The notes beneath the pieces are model-generated. The model was not told where the DNA came from. It searched no databases and saw nothing but the letters and a program-made list of their open reading frames with translations. From NCBI GenBank assembly GCA_051599415.1, contig AP039706.1, positions 186,001-250,000 on the forward strand: a stretch of 64,000 bases of DNA, given 5' to 3'. Origin of the DNA: Savitreella phatthalungensis. Lineage: Eukaryota. The first letter of the stretch is position 1, and each line of letters begins with the position of its first letter. Below, piece by piece: positions 1 through 11,053 of the stretch. The translations under genes and the position numbers were made by a program.

Positions 1-482
1 CCCGCCTTTTCTATGTCAAACTTAATTGCACTGGTCACACCACGAGAACGACCGAGTGTGCTGCCCGCCGTGCTGCTCGTTGTTATTCCTGCCTCCTTGA
101 CGCGGCCTCCGCGTCCCTTCAGAACATGATCTGCACCATCTACTTTGTAGAAAGCGTATAGCTGCTTCAGCATCCCAGTGTCCGGCTGCTGCGGCTTGAG
201 CGTGACTTCGAGTTGGACGCCCAATTTCGGGTCTCTTCCTTCAGAAGCGTACTGTGACACCGCGAGGTCGAGATGCGGCGGGTGGTTGTCTGACAGATTC
301 CGTCGTTGCCTACCTCGAGTGCCACGCCGGGTTTCAGTAGAGTCATTAAGCTTCGGCAAGATTTGCATCGACGCCACAACGAGACGCCGGGCAGGAAGAG
401 TCGAGATCCCTTCAGCAGTCGTGTCTTCTTCTGCCATGGTGACAAAGCCTTTTACTTCAATCGGGACCGCTTTCCTAGTCAT
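1..482 (-). CDS. Hypothetical protein, runs off the left edge of the window (3'-truncated)
   Basis: Manual translation: the minus frame from ATG at 482 (MTRKAVPIEVKGFVTMAEEDTTAEG...SAIKFDIEKA) has no stop before position 1. The frame stays open upstream to about 633, so the true start or an upstream exon is uncertain. No family recognised. Confidence 0.5.
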   Translation of the reverse strand, partial: MTRKAVPIEVKGFVTMAEEDTTAEGISTLPARRLVVASMQILPKLNDSTETRRGTRGRQRRNLSDNHPPHLDLAVSQYASEGRDPKLGVQLEVTLKPQQPDTGMLKQLYAFYKVDGADHVLKGRGGRVKEAGITTSSTAGSTLGRSRGVTSAIKFDIEKA

Positions 483-2595
483 CTTCTCGCTTTTTGATCT
501 GCAAAATGGCTCGAGAGGTGACAAGTATTGTATCTGAGATGAGTCTTGTGATTCGCCGTCTAGCGTTGATGTCTGAGCCTAGGTCTGAATCTGTTAGATG
601 TGTCCACACTTGTGACACAGCGTCACAGATCTTACGCTACTGTCCAGCTGACGGATGAGGAAGGTTCGCGGATATTCTGAAGCCGACTTCAGAATTGGTC
701 GCTGGTGGCAGCAGTGTCGATGTACAGTATAGAGCCCCATGGGACACGGAAAAGCATCAAATGCGTATACTAACTCAGTAACTCTCCTGATTGTATTTTC
801 AAGAATTCACCAATTTAGATTTAATGAATCAATTGAGCATTGTGCTCTTAGGTCGTTCATTCAATACTACACTTCAATCGGAGACGGGGGAATTGATCAA
901 AACTCATTTGAAAAATAGAGCGCATGACGTCAGTGCTCCAGATTATGAATGTTTTTATGTCCCATGTGGCGCATCAAACCTACAGTAGTCTCTTGCCAGT
1001 CCTCGGACATCTTAGAATGGTAGCCACATCGAGTACCTACGCAAGCTGAAGGGTCAATCTAGCCCTCTTTTAGTTTGCGTGCAGTTCATTGCCAGCAGGC
1101 ATCTGTGTAGTCAACTGCAAAGAGAGTCTAAGACACACGCACCGACTGCAGGACCTGCTAGCGTCCAAAGAGAGCTCGGCCTATGCTCTGATGCACGCAG
1201 GACTTTCGCTAGATCGGGTTTTTGTCATTGCGTCATTCAAGGTCATTCAGGATCAATCTTATAAAGCTATGGACACCATATAGCCTATGCTTCATGGTGA
1301 TAGCCGAGTAGAATCGCCTGAATGATGTTTGCACGCCTCAGAGGCCCAGATAAGTAAGAGGACTGAAAAGTTGAGAAAGTGCTCATACAGGCACGCAGCG
1401 GATACGCAGGCTACCGTCTCCCAGATTCCAATCTCTCCTGACCTGAGCCGATCGCCTTGATGCCCTACAAAGCACAGACACACGTTTGCCGAGACTGCAA
1501 GCAACTTAGTTTCATGCTTTCACTCTCCCCAGTTTGGGGATCATGCGCCTCGTGCTGTGTTGTTCGCTGTATGTACATGGCAAATAATCAGAGGCCTCCA
1601 GCGAGGCGGTGAAGCTTGCAACCAAACTTCTGGCAGCCATAGGACTGCTGCCAGCTATACTTGCATCCAGATGACTCATCAAAGCTCTAGGCTAAGGGAC
1701 TCTGAGACCGTTCTGAAAGCTGCCCTCCTCGCAGATAAGGCGCGCAGATCAGTGCCATCTCAAATAAATGTAACATATGCTATAGCTGCCTTCTACAGCA
1801 AACCGATATGGCAACGTCTCCCCTGTCGGCGTGCCCTCTGCATGAATTGACTTGGATTGCCTCTCCCGTGCTTTGCTTCTGCTTGCCGTACAGTTCGCCA
1901 ATGGAGATACGCCGACGTCGATTGCTGCGCCGTGCAGAAGATCACTCAAGCTTCTCATTGCTCCTGCCGGTCATCGTGGTCTGCTGATTCAGATGGATCT
2001 TTGTTGCCTGTTGTGAACTACTTGCTTACAGATTAAACAACCTTGCACCATGACTCTTTTTGGGAACTCTTTGCTTGCAATTTGATGTGATTTGTGAATT
2101 TCGATCCATTCTTGCAATGACGTCCAAAACTTGGCCAAGCAGGCTTGCCGCAAAGTCCTCACGAGTGTATAATAAGCCATCATTGCTTCCTGTAGAGTTG
2201 CCTCTACGCGCATCATCCGCACCAGGATCACCAAGTCTGCATCGTTCTCTGACAGTTGACAGCAATCTGCCCGATGTCCGAGCAAAGACATGCATCCATG
2301 TCATGGCAAGCAGGAAGTTCAAATGCGCAAGGCTCCCGTCCATTTACCCGTAAGCTCATCGGCACTACGCTCTCCAAACGAGTTATACTAATTTGCAGCG
2401 AATGTGGCGGCCGATTCAGCCTCTGCTCAAGCGTCAGACAGTGCCATTCACTTGTCTGCCACTACTAAGCAGCGAACATCGCTGCTTAAGCAGCATTCGC
2501 CGCTCCAAAAGGGTGAATCATCCGCGCAACTAAGGGAGTCTGCACCATCGTCCGCACCGGCTGATGCTCAAAGGAGACCTTTCTATAGGTCTGCG

Positions 2596-3831
2596 ATGAG
2601 CGCAGCCGCTTCCGAGCTGCCACTTGGCAATAGACAATCTCGAAGAAAGGTTGCACCCAGATTGCCCCCGGTGGGTGACATTAATCCGTTTCAAGACGGT
2701 CTCGAATCCCTTATCCGCAAGATGGGCAGGGTCTCCTACGAAGACATCCCAGGCCTTTCGCGGCTGAAGCCTAGCGTCTTCAAACCCCCCGCCGACGATT
2801 CTCGCCTACTATACCCGGTCACGCAGATCGGTGAAGGTATCAAGAACAAAAATTACGTTGCCCAGATTCAGCATTTCAATGGTTGGAAGCCGGTACTCGC
2901 TGTCGACAAGTGCCGAGCTGCTCAGTATGACGCGGAGGGACGAGCAGCGATTTACCTCACCGTAAGGCTGATCAACCCCGTGCCGCTGATCATGCCCGAC
3001 AACTTGCTGGCGCATGGTGGGCTGGTGCACATTCGTGCCTCACGCGGAGTGAAGTCGGCATCATCCCCTTATGGGCTCCACTGGTACGACGATCCCGTTT
3101 CGTGTCGCTACGATCCTAGAGTTGTTGAGTCTTACAACAGCCCGGTCGCCATCACCAAAGACTATCGCGTGGAAGCGTGCCCGGACAGCGTAGACGGGCT
3201 GCCAATGACGGCTAAAGTCTTCGAGCGCAAAGACGTCGCCTACCTGCCGCGTGAGTTCCTCAACCCGACGGACCCTATGAGGTTTGAACTTGAGGATGCG
3301 CCTCAGCCTTCATGGGAGCTTCAGATTCCTCTAGGAAAGCTCAAGGAGGATGGGCAGACGATCCGGAAAATGATGTTCGATTACATCAAGGTTGATATCA
3401 CCCCGATCATTTTCCGTTCAGCTGCGAGCAAGCATGAGATACTGCAGCTCGAAACATTCGGAGAACAGGCGGTCGGTTGCATGTTTGGCTTCTACGACGT
3501 TCCGTGGGAGTCTGACGTTGTGCGCTGCGCGCTCACGCATCCCACCATCCTTGCTGCGCTTGACCAAAATGGCGCAGACAATGCGCTTAGCTTTTCGACA
3601 GTCTATACCGCCGATCAGCTCAGGGGCATCAACGCAATATATCATCGCACGCTCGGGGAGGGCGAGGACTCACTCGGCCTCGGCCTGAGTGACTTTGTGC
3701 CCTGGGATCCTTACTTTGAGCTCGACACCAAGGGCCCCCGACGATCTTCGAGCTTCGTGACCGCCGAGGAAGAGGAAGGCGTCTCATCGGGCTATGACTG
3801 GACCGACGATGAAGAAGAGGATGATGAGTGA
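2596..3831 (+). CDS. Hypothetical protein (~411 aa, acidic C-terminal tail)
   Basis: Long ORF (frame open from 2404, first ATG 2596) with a globular-looking core and a DDEEEDDE tail. No family recognised. Confidence 0.7.
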   Translation: MSAAASELPLGNRQSRRKVAPRLPPVGDINPFQDGLESLIRKMGRVSYEDIPGLSRLKPSVFKPPADDSRLLYPVTQIGEGIKNKNYVAQIQHFNGWKPVLAVDKCRAAQYDAEGRAAIYLTVRLINPVPLIMPDNLLAHGGLVHIRASRGVKSASSPYGLHWYDDPVSCRYDPRVVESYNSPVAITKDYRVEACPDSVDGLPMTAKVFERKDVAYLPREFLNPTDPMRFELEDAPQPSWELQIPLGKLKEDGQTIRKMMFDYIKVDITPIIFRSAASKHEILQLETFGEQAVGCMFGFYDVPWESDVVRCALTHPTILAALDQNGADNALSFSTVYTADQLRGINAIYHRTLGEGEDSLGLGLSDFVPWDPYFELDTKGPRRSSSFVTAEEEEGVSSGYDWTDDEEEDDE

Positions 3832-4200
3832 GCTCGACCATTCGCGACAGCGGCTACCAACCTCCGCAAAACAGAATCAATATCACTTCATCGAGTCAGT
3901 CTGACTAATTCAGTTTCTCGATCTCTCATTCAATTAAGTCATCCTATCTCCTCATCGCCCGTCTGTGTCGTGAGTCGTGTGTGCATTTGCGTCGTCGTCG
4001 CTAATTGCCCTCGTTGCCCTAATGATCGACCTTGTCGGCTTTTGGGTCCGCTCGTGAGTGAAAACACATTCACGAATCTTGTGCCAGCCTCGGCGCAAGT
4101 GAAGATCGTCTTACAATCTCATCGACACCTCCTGATGCTGACGAGGCTGTCGTGCTGCTGCAGTGCTTTACACTCCAAGCGATTGCGCCTGGCCTGATGA

Positions 4201-4593
4201 TCATTCGTGTTCGAATCCGTGGCAGCGGAACCAGTCTGGCGATTCTGGATCTCGACGACGGTAACCACTCTGGTCGTAGTAGATCCTGATCCAGTTCGAC
4301 GTTATCTTGTCGTAAGGCAACGCGAAAGTGAGTCGTCCAAGCTCGTCGTGGTCGAAATGCCTCAGAAACACCTTCTCTCCATGAGTCGGAGGAAAATCAG
4401 TATCGCGCACATAAGCCGTCTCCCAATCGTGGCGCTCTCTGAGGATGTCGATCGCACTCCAGCTGATAGCATAGCCAGAGATAGAGCACACCATCACGCC
4501 AGGATTGAACGTCAACCCGTTGTATGTCGCGGCAGAACACGTCCTCACGAGTGCTTGACCCATGAGCAGCACTAGAGTACCTCTACCGAACAT
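4201..4593 (-). CDS. Small secreted protein, tandem family member 1 (130 aa, candidate effector)
   Basis: Hydrophobic N-terminus ending TCSA; family motifs YxGxTFNPG..C, ISWS, DH..G.L.F..P, W..C.G; TATAAGAG (minus) at 4724-4731. Confidence 0.8.
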   Translation of the reverse strand: MFGRGTLVLLMGQALVRTCSAATYNGLTFNPGVMVCSISGYAISWSAIDILRERHDWETAYVRDTDFPPTHGEKVFLRHFDHDELGRLTFALPYDKITSNWIRIYYDQSGYRRRDPESPDWFRCHGFEHE

Positions 4594-5036
4594 CGCGACT
4601 CGTCCAACTAGTTTCGTCCTCGTCCTCTACGGTGGCGAGAAGTCCACATGCACGAAGCAGTCGCTGGATAACTCGTGTCCTGGCGTGATCGTCAGCGAGA
4701 AGACGAGGAAGATCGACTTGATCCTCTTATACTGGTGTTGTGGGGCGCTAGTTGCTCGGAAGACGGGAGCGAGCGGGCGAGAACGGTGCGGAAGGCTCGC
4801 GGAACACTCGCTGAAGTAGCCGAGGTCGCGTGCTCCAAGTTGTGTGCAACGGGCGATTGAGAGCACATAGACTCCGATGGACGAGGCCTGGACAGGCAGG
4901 AGAGCGCCATATCCGGCGCGTGGTCGGAGTATGGTGGCTATAGCATGTCACATACCCCACTCAGCAAGTCATCGGGAGAACCTCTGGTTTTGAGATAGCT
5001 ACGTTGCCGTGCTTCTGTGGGTGGTGATGGCTGGGA

Positions 5037-5420
5037 TTACTGGTGGTCATATCCGCGACATCCGTACCAATTAGGCGAATCATCGTCCTTGCGGCGGTAT
5101 CCACTCTCGCTATAAAAGAGCTCAATCGAGTGCTCGCCTAGAAACTCATATGGGATTCCAAAGATCAGACTTCCCTCTGTGTGGTGATGGAAGTGACGAA
5201 GGAAAACCCTGGAGCCATCAGTCGTGGGGAAGTGCGCTCTTTCGACGAATGATGTACGCCAGTCCTGACGGTCTCGAAAGATATCGATCCCGCTCCAGCT
5301 GATCTCCGTGCTCCCGATCGAACATACTGTGACGCCGGGGTTGAACTCGATGCCGTGGAAATTTGCGGCTTCAGCAGCATTTCCCATCAATAGCATAGTC
5401 AAGCACACTGAGTTCCACAT
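5037..5420 (-). CDS. Small secreted protein, tandem family member 2 (127 aa)
   Basis: Signal-peptide-like N-terminus ending AAEA; FNPGVTVC...ISWSGID...WYGCRG aligns with members 1 and 3. Confidence 0.8.
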   Translation of the reverse strand: MWNSVCLTMLLMGNAAEAANFHGIEFNPGVTVCSIGSTEISWSGIDIFRDRQDWRTSFVERAHFPTTDGSRVFLRHFHHHTEGSLIFGIPYEFLGEHSIELFYSESGYRRKDDDSPNWYGCRGYDHQ

Positions 5421-6179
5421 AATTGCTCCGATTGAGTTGATTGGCCATCGACGAGCACTATCACAATCTTATGTGCATGGCTGGTGTCCTCGGAGCCAAG
5501 TCTCGAGAGAAGTTCCGAGACCACCGTGGCAAGACCTGTGCCCGGCAGTTTCTTCCGCGTGATACGATGGAAAGCTTCAGAGCTTGGCCAATAATGACCG
5601 CAATCAGCTGTTTTGGCTGCTTGGGTAGTAACAAGACTCACGCTCTGCTGAGGCTCGACAGCTGCAGTTTGCGGAGTGTAATAGGATGTAACCCGACAGC
5701 CGCAAGATTGCTAGTGAAAAGGACGCGACAGCGTGTCGAGAGTTCAGATCCAAACCCCCGACATGTGGCTATCAGGGACTGACGGCCGTCCGCGCGAGGT
5801 GGCGCGGCTATGATGATAAGCTGTCTCTTCAGAAAGCCCTTCAAGCATAGACAACCCAGACTGTGGTGTTTGACAAAGTGTACGGAAGCGGTCGTTCATG
5901 CTGCCCAACGATACTTGTGCTTGGTCACCTGTCAAATCACCTGTCGTGCATTTGCATCTTTATGCGTGTCATGTGTACGGGGATAGCATTGAACAACACA
6001 ACAAAAAGACAACAGGACAAGAGTCAACAACGACCACCACCACCACGACTGGCACGCTCATTCATACACTCACCGGATGCCCAGAACATCTGACGTCTCA
6101 ACAGCGATATCAAAGGAGGCTACCCATGCATTCGTACAGCAAGCAGAAGTCGGACCCATCATTTGCTTGATACAGATAC

Positions 6180-6560
6180 TTAGTGATCATATCCCCGACA
6201 AGCCAGCCATCGTGGGTCATCCGCGTCCACCGGCTGATACGCTGCGTCGTCGTAAAAGAACTGCAGTTTCCTCGGACCATGCCGTTCGTACGGAACTCCG
6301 AACCTGAGAAGACCTTCTGCGTGGTGATCAAGCTCACGCAAAGCCACTCGGGATCCTTCACTCGCAGGAAACTCGATAGATGCTGCTGCTGTGAACCGCC
6401 AATCAATGTCTTCATTCAGGATGTCGAATCCACTCCAGCTGATCTCAGCACTCGGCAACGTGCAAACTGTCACACCAGGATTGAAGGTGACTCCCTCGTA
6501 AGTGACGAAGCGCGCGCTAGCGAGGCCAAAAAGACAGATTACATCAACGCTACTCGGCAT
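6180..6560 (-). CDS. Small secreted protein, tandem family member 3 (126 aa)
   Basis: N-terminus ending LASA; TFNPGVTVC...ISWSGFD...ELDHHAEG...WLACRG. Confidence 0.8.
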   Translation of the reverse strand: MPSSVDVICLFGLASARFVTYEGVTFNPGVTVCTLPSAEISWSGFDILNEDIDWRFTAAASIEFPASEGSRVALRELDHHAEGLLRFGVPYERHGPRKLQFFYDDAAYQPVDADDPRWLACRGYDH

Positions 6561-6788
6561 CGTTCCCAGCGTACTATCACGTCGAGAAGGCGAGGAGTCT
6601 CATGAAGTAGCTTGGCTCGAAGTAGTCTACATCCAACAAAGCTCCGAGGGATTCGAGGATCAAGCACGCATCAACATCGGACTTTACCTCTCTGGGCACT
6701 CTCAGACCGCCGACGATCCTCCTCGTGACGGAACTGTATTCTACCTCGGGAATCACATGAATACCTTGATGTCATGATTATGATTCTG

Positions 6789-7181
6789 CTAATCCTCGAA
6801 GCCATCGCAAAGATGCCAGAGGCCGTCCCCACCGATCACCTTGTATCTGGCGTGGTGATAGTAGAAGTGAAGCTCTCCATCGACCTGCCCGGAAATCGGC
6901 ACGCCGAAAACGACTCTCCCGTGATCATCGTGATCGAGCTCGGTCACCATAACTTTCGTCCCCGGTCCACCACGCCATCGGATATACTCGAAATACCTCG
7001 TCGGCGCATCCTCCCGCAGCAAGCCATACCCGCTAAATGTCGGTCGCCAGTCATCGATTTCGCACTGGAACCAGCCGGGGTTGAAAGTCGTGTCTCCGTA
7101 TTGCGCGGCTTGGACGATAGTGAAATGCAAGAGGAGAGAGAGAATCATGCCGATGGCGACCATGCGCAGCGCTATTGGCAT
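6789..7181 (-). CDS. Small secreted protein, tandem family member 4 (~130 aa)
   Basis: The ORF track starts too early at 7364. The ATG at 7181 (or the next Met at 7163) gives signal peptide ...ILSLLLHFTIVQA; TFNPGWFQC...ELDHDDHG..FGVP...WHLCDG; TATAAAG (minus) at 7208-7214. Confidence 0.8.
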   Translation of the reverse strand: MPIALRMVAIGMILSLLLHFTIVQAAQYGDTTFNPGWFQCEIDDWRPTFSGYGLLREDAPTRYFEYIRWRGGPGTKVMVTELDHDDHGRVVFGVPISGQVDGELHFYYHHARYKVIGGDGLWHLCDGFED

Positions 7182-7424
7182 CGAATTTGCGGTGTACGGC
7201 GTCCGACCTTTATATTGTGATCTCATCGAGAAAGTCGAAACACTACATCCGACAGAAAGGCGATGATGGATGGTAACCAGAGCTATATCAGATTGGAACT
7301 TCCGATGGGCTATCCCACAGCCTTTTACAACCATAAGCGTCCTCGACAACCCACTGACTATCACTCATTTCACGCTACGGCACAGCGGGATGCCTCGATG
7401 TTGGTGTAATATACTACAAAGCCG

Positions 7425-7799
7425 TCATTCCGCCTCTTCCCAGCCTTGACAGTCATGCCAAGCGTCTCCGCCAATGAGCCTCCACATACAGTCGGTCCAA
7501 TAGTAATGGATGCTGTTGCCGATGGTGCCGGAGAAAGGAATGCCAAACACGAATGATCCATGATCCTCGTGCTCGATTTCTGCAAGCAGGACTTTATCGC
7601 CGCCGCCACCGGGAAAACGCACATGGTGCTTGTAGCGCTGATATCCGAGCCTGAGGAAGCGCGAGCCCGAGAACGAAGAAGTCCATCCATCGCCGAGCTC
7701 ACAGTCACACTGACCTTCGTTGTAAGATGTGCCGTCGTACTCAGCCGCCATCACTCCACCACAGAGTAGAATGCTGAACAGGCTCTTGATCGACCTCAT
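7425..7799 (-). CDS. Small secreted protein, tandem family member 5 (124 aa)
   Basis: Signal peptide MRSIKSLFSILLCGGVMA; YDGTSYNEGQCDC...EIEHEDHG..FGIP...WHDCQG; TATAAGT (minus) at 7870-7876. Confidence 0.8.
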   Translation of the reverse strand: MRSIKSLFSILLCGGVMAAEYDGTSYNEGQCDCELGDGWTSSFSGSRFLRLGYQRYKHHVRFPGGGGDKVLLAEIEHEDHGSFVFGIPFSGTIGNSIHYYWTDCMWRLIGGDAWHDCQGWEEAE

Positions 7800-8897
7800 C
7801 GGTGGGATCCTGCAATTCGACCAGAACAGTTGTGATCGAGCACTGGGAGACTGGATGCCAGTCGACCGTACTTATATTTGGTCGAGGACCCAGAAGATGG
7901 GCGTTCTCCATTTCTTCGCCACACCCGATACCCATTCGCGTACCTACCACATCTCGCAGACACGATCTTCCGCAACAGGAGGATCATGTAATGCGTCCTC
8001 CCGATAGACCGATAAGCATCGGTCTAGCTGAATCGCGGGACACGCTAAGCGAGACCTCATGCGTACACGGACATTCTATTTTTGTGACCACCACTGCCGC
8101 CAGACACTCACCACCGATTGGCCACGGTCAGTCGCTGCAGGGAACTAAATCACTGAGAAAGTCCGCTCGTGATCAGAAAGACTCTGACTGGTCTTGTCTC
8201 CGACGCCATATACCGAACATCTGCACACAATGCTGTGAGCGTGGAGAATACGGTTCCCTTTTCACCAATCCGACCTTAATCTCTCAACGAGCAGCCACGC
8301 GATTTGCGAGTAAGCGCAGCCTACCACTTTATCGGAAGACGAGCTCCGCATCTCGGTCAGGCTTGACGGATCACGCGTACGGAGATGCACCATTCGTTGA
8401 ACACTTCCGAAGCTTGAACGCATGCCCGCACCGGAGGTCAAGGATCTGGTCTCCGTGGGATTTGCCCAACGGGAAATGAGATGCCGATCCGGTGGAATAC
8501 AATCCCCAAGCACACTGACGACGCAGGAAGCGCAGCAGCCTTGTACATGCTGACCCAGGATATCTTGCCACAGTATGACGCGCTTCGAGCAGCTGCATGG
8601 AGGAGTGACTAATTTGCTCGCTCGCACGTCGATTTGGGAATCATCCGTGCGGATACTCGGCGCTCCTGGCGTGAAGGCAATGCTACTCCTCTATAAGCTT
8701 GTACACGCATACACGATGAATCAGATCTCATCTGGCCTAGCTGTGGCCAGCGAAACATTTGTAAGACGATGCAGCAGAAAATGCGCGCATAATTGCTCCA
8801 GGCTGATATTGACTACGAGTGACTTTGTGCGTAATGATGATTGCGGATAGGTCTACTGTTTACGGATTTGTAATGGGTTGACAAAAATGGCGCTGGA

Positions 8898-9821
8898 TTA
8901 GAAGAGTGCTGCCCAACCTCGAGTGGCACTGTAAAGGCTTTCTTCGTAGCCAGCATGAGCGACGAGGTCGACATAGACTTTGGCGAAGGCGTCAGCGTCA
9001 TCGATGAGTCCGCGCGAAGCTTGCTCTGCTGGGAAGATCATCTTCCGCCAGGCCTGGTAGAAAGGGGACGGGCAAGTCGTGTACGGGAGCTTGCGGTCGA
9101 TCGTGTGCTTCTTCGACCGACGTTCAGACGATGTCAGCGTACCACTGCGACCACGACGTCTCACCGTCGCGTCCCTCTCCAGCGACTTCTCGACCGATCT
9201 CTTCACAGCAGCCACAGAGTGCGTGCGCTTCAGTCGGGAATCGAAGAACGGGCCACGATGCTGCGCGAGATCGTGATCGGCAGGGTCGTAGAACTCGTCG
9301 AGCGAGAGCGTGTTGGGACCGATCGAGAGAAAGCGGGCGCTGTGATGAACCATCGCACGGTGGACCTCCCATGACCATTGGCTCACGTTGAGATTGTCCA
9401 CCACCGTCGGCGTAGGTTTACCCTGCCAGTGGTTGATCCCATTCATAATACAGAACGGGTGCGGTGGTTTGATGACGACGTCATAGACAGGATCGTGGTA
9501 GCCAGCGCGGAGGACCTCACGCTGCATCGAGTCGAGAAGCCACTGACTCATGTCGACTGCATCGTCATCGTTGTCAGGCTCGTCTGCCTCTGGAGCAGGT
9601 CGTCCTTGACCTTGCCCTTGACGACGTCTGGTGTCAGTGCGTGCGTGGGTGTGAGCATGAGTTTGGGCATCAGCGTTCGAGCGAGCTCGCTGTTGACGCT
9701 CGCCTGCTTGGCGTCGCTCGTTCCTTTGCTGCTGAGGATTTTCAGTATTACGAGTCTCGTTGCCGCTTGCTTGGTCCGTTCCAGCTTGACGAGCTGGCAC
9801 AGGCAAGATTACAGGTTCCAT
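8898..9821 (-). CDS. Hypothetical protein (307 aa, Q/R-rich disordered N-terminus)
   Basis: ATG-initiated 924-nt ORF; low-complexity N-terminal third, more ordered C-terminus. No family recognised. Confidence 0.6.
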   Translation of the reverse strand: MEPVILPVPARQAGTDQASGNETRNTENPQQQRNERRQAGERQQRARSNADAQTHAHTHARTDTRRRQGQGQGRPAPEADEPDNDDDAVDMSQWLLDSMQREVLRAGYHDPVYDVVIKPPHPFCIMNGINHWQGKPTPTVVDNLNVSQWSWEVHRAMVHHSARFLSIGPNTLSLDEFYDPADHDLAQHRGPFFDSRLKRTHSVAAVKRSVEKSLERDATVRRRGRSGTLTSSERRSKKHTIDRKLPYTTCPSPFYQAWRKMIFPAEQASRGLIDDADAFAKVYVDLVAHAGYEESLYSATRGWAALF

Positions 9822-11053
9822 AGCCTCAAGTGTGCTTTAGTTGCGATCGATCACCGTTCGTATCCCTTGCTCGAGACCCGGAACATATTCCGGCTGACCT
9901 GGCGTGATGTAGGGCAACAGATGTGGCGCAATCGAAAATCCACGCGGGTTGTCTGTCTGATGGTCATGCTCACGCGACATACCGGAGAGAGAGACTTTGA
10001 TGAGAACGTCGAGCAAAGTGATGGACTATCGGAGTGGTCTTATAGTCGTATCAGGAGTTCCTTGTAGGTGGCAGAGTAACGTCATGAATCACATGTGCAA
10101 TATATGCTCAATTGATCGGTCACTGTAACGTCAAGGTCACGTGAACTAGATTGTCGATGGTCACAGCAATCACTCTTAGACATCACCGCGGCCCTTCTAC
10201 CTAGCAACGGACTGTTCAGTGAAACGTTTGATGCGAGAAGAGGTGTTCAAATAGCTCAGCACTGCCTGACACGGAGTATCAATGCTCGCTATATGACTGC
10301 TGCACATAACTAGAAGCACAAATTGGGGACTGACGAACGGTTACTTCATCTAAAGACGTTCTCGTTGTTCTGAAACCCACTTGAATGATGTTTAACGTCG
10401 TAACGAAGATGGACGCGGCGCAGCATATACTTGTTCATGACAGTAAGGGCGGTAAAGCACTCTTAAGCATCTGACTGATGCTTGCTGTCCCACGCTCTGC
10501 TCAGTGTGCTGCATATGATCAAAACAACATAAATCGTACATTGGGATTAACCGAGCACGTGTCAGCTGAGTGGTTGACCCAGATGAAATGCTCAGCCTAC
10601 AGCCACACTTGTACATTCTATTGGTCAAGCACTAAATTTAGCCACAAAAGATTCCAGAAACCGAATGTGCACGTTTTCAGACACTCACAGTGCACGTGAA
10701 GATGAAATTCCAAGTTGAATTCTCGGCACAGGTTTTACGCAGAGGAGGACGACTGATCAAATTTGATCTGAAGATTCCAGATGAATGTTCTCGATGGTCT
10801 TCAACCATATATCTCAGTACAGCTGGATACTGAAATCCATCATTCAACCTCAATCAGCCTTCAGCCAACTGTTGCCACGAAAGCCACCACGCACAGCCAG
10901 CAGGCAACCACCAGCACTCGCTCCAGAACCCTGTACCGGTAGCATCACCACCACACCACACACGCCAAACCATCCCATGACGCTCTACACACACGCTCAC
11001 AGTACATAAGCAGCAGTCATTTCCATACTGCCCATTAACTTCTCACACACATC

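Noticed and set aside
3140..3185. Similarity of the 2596-3831 protein (KDYRVEA) to orphan A (TSYRVEA)
   Set aside because: Only a 5-residue match with no flanking alignment.
7802..8627. A sixth member of the secreted family, or a real 225-aa ORF
   Set aside because: No FNPG or WxxCxG motifs or signal peptide seen; non-ATG start and non-protein-like composition.
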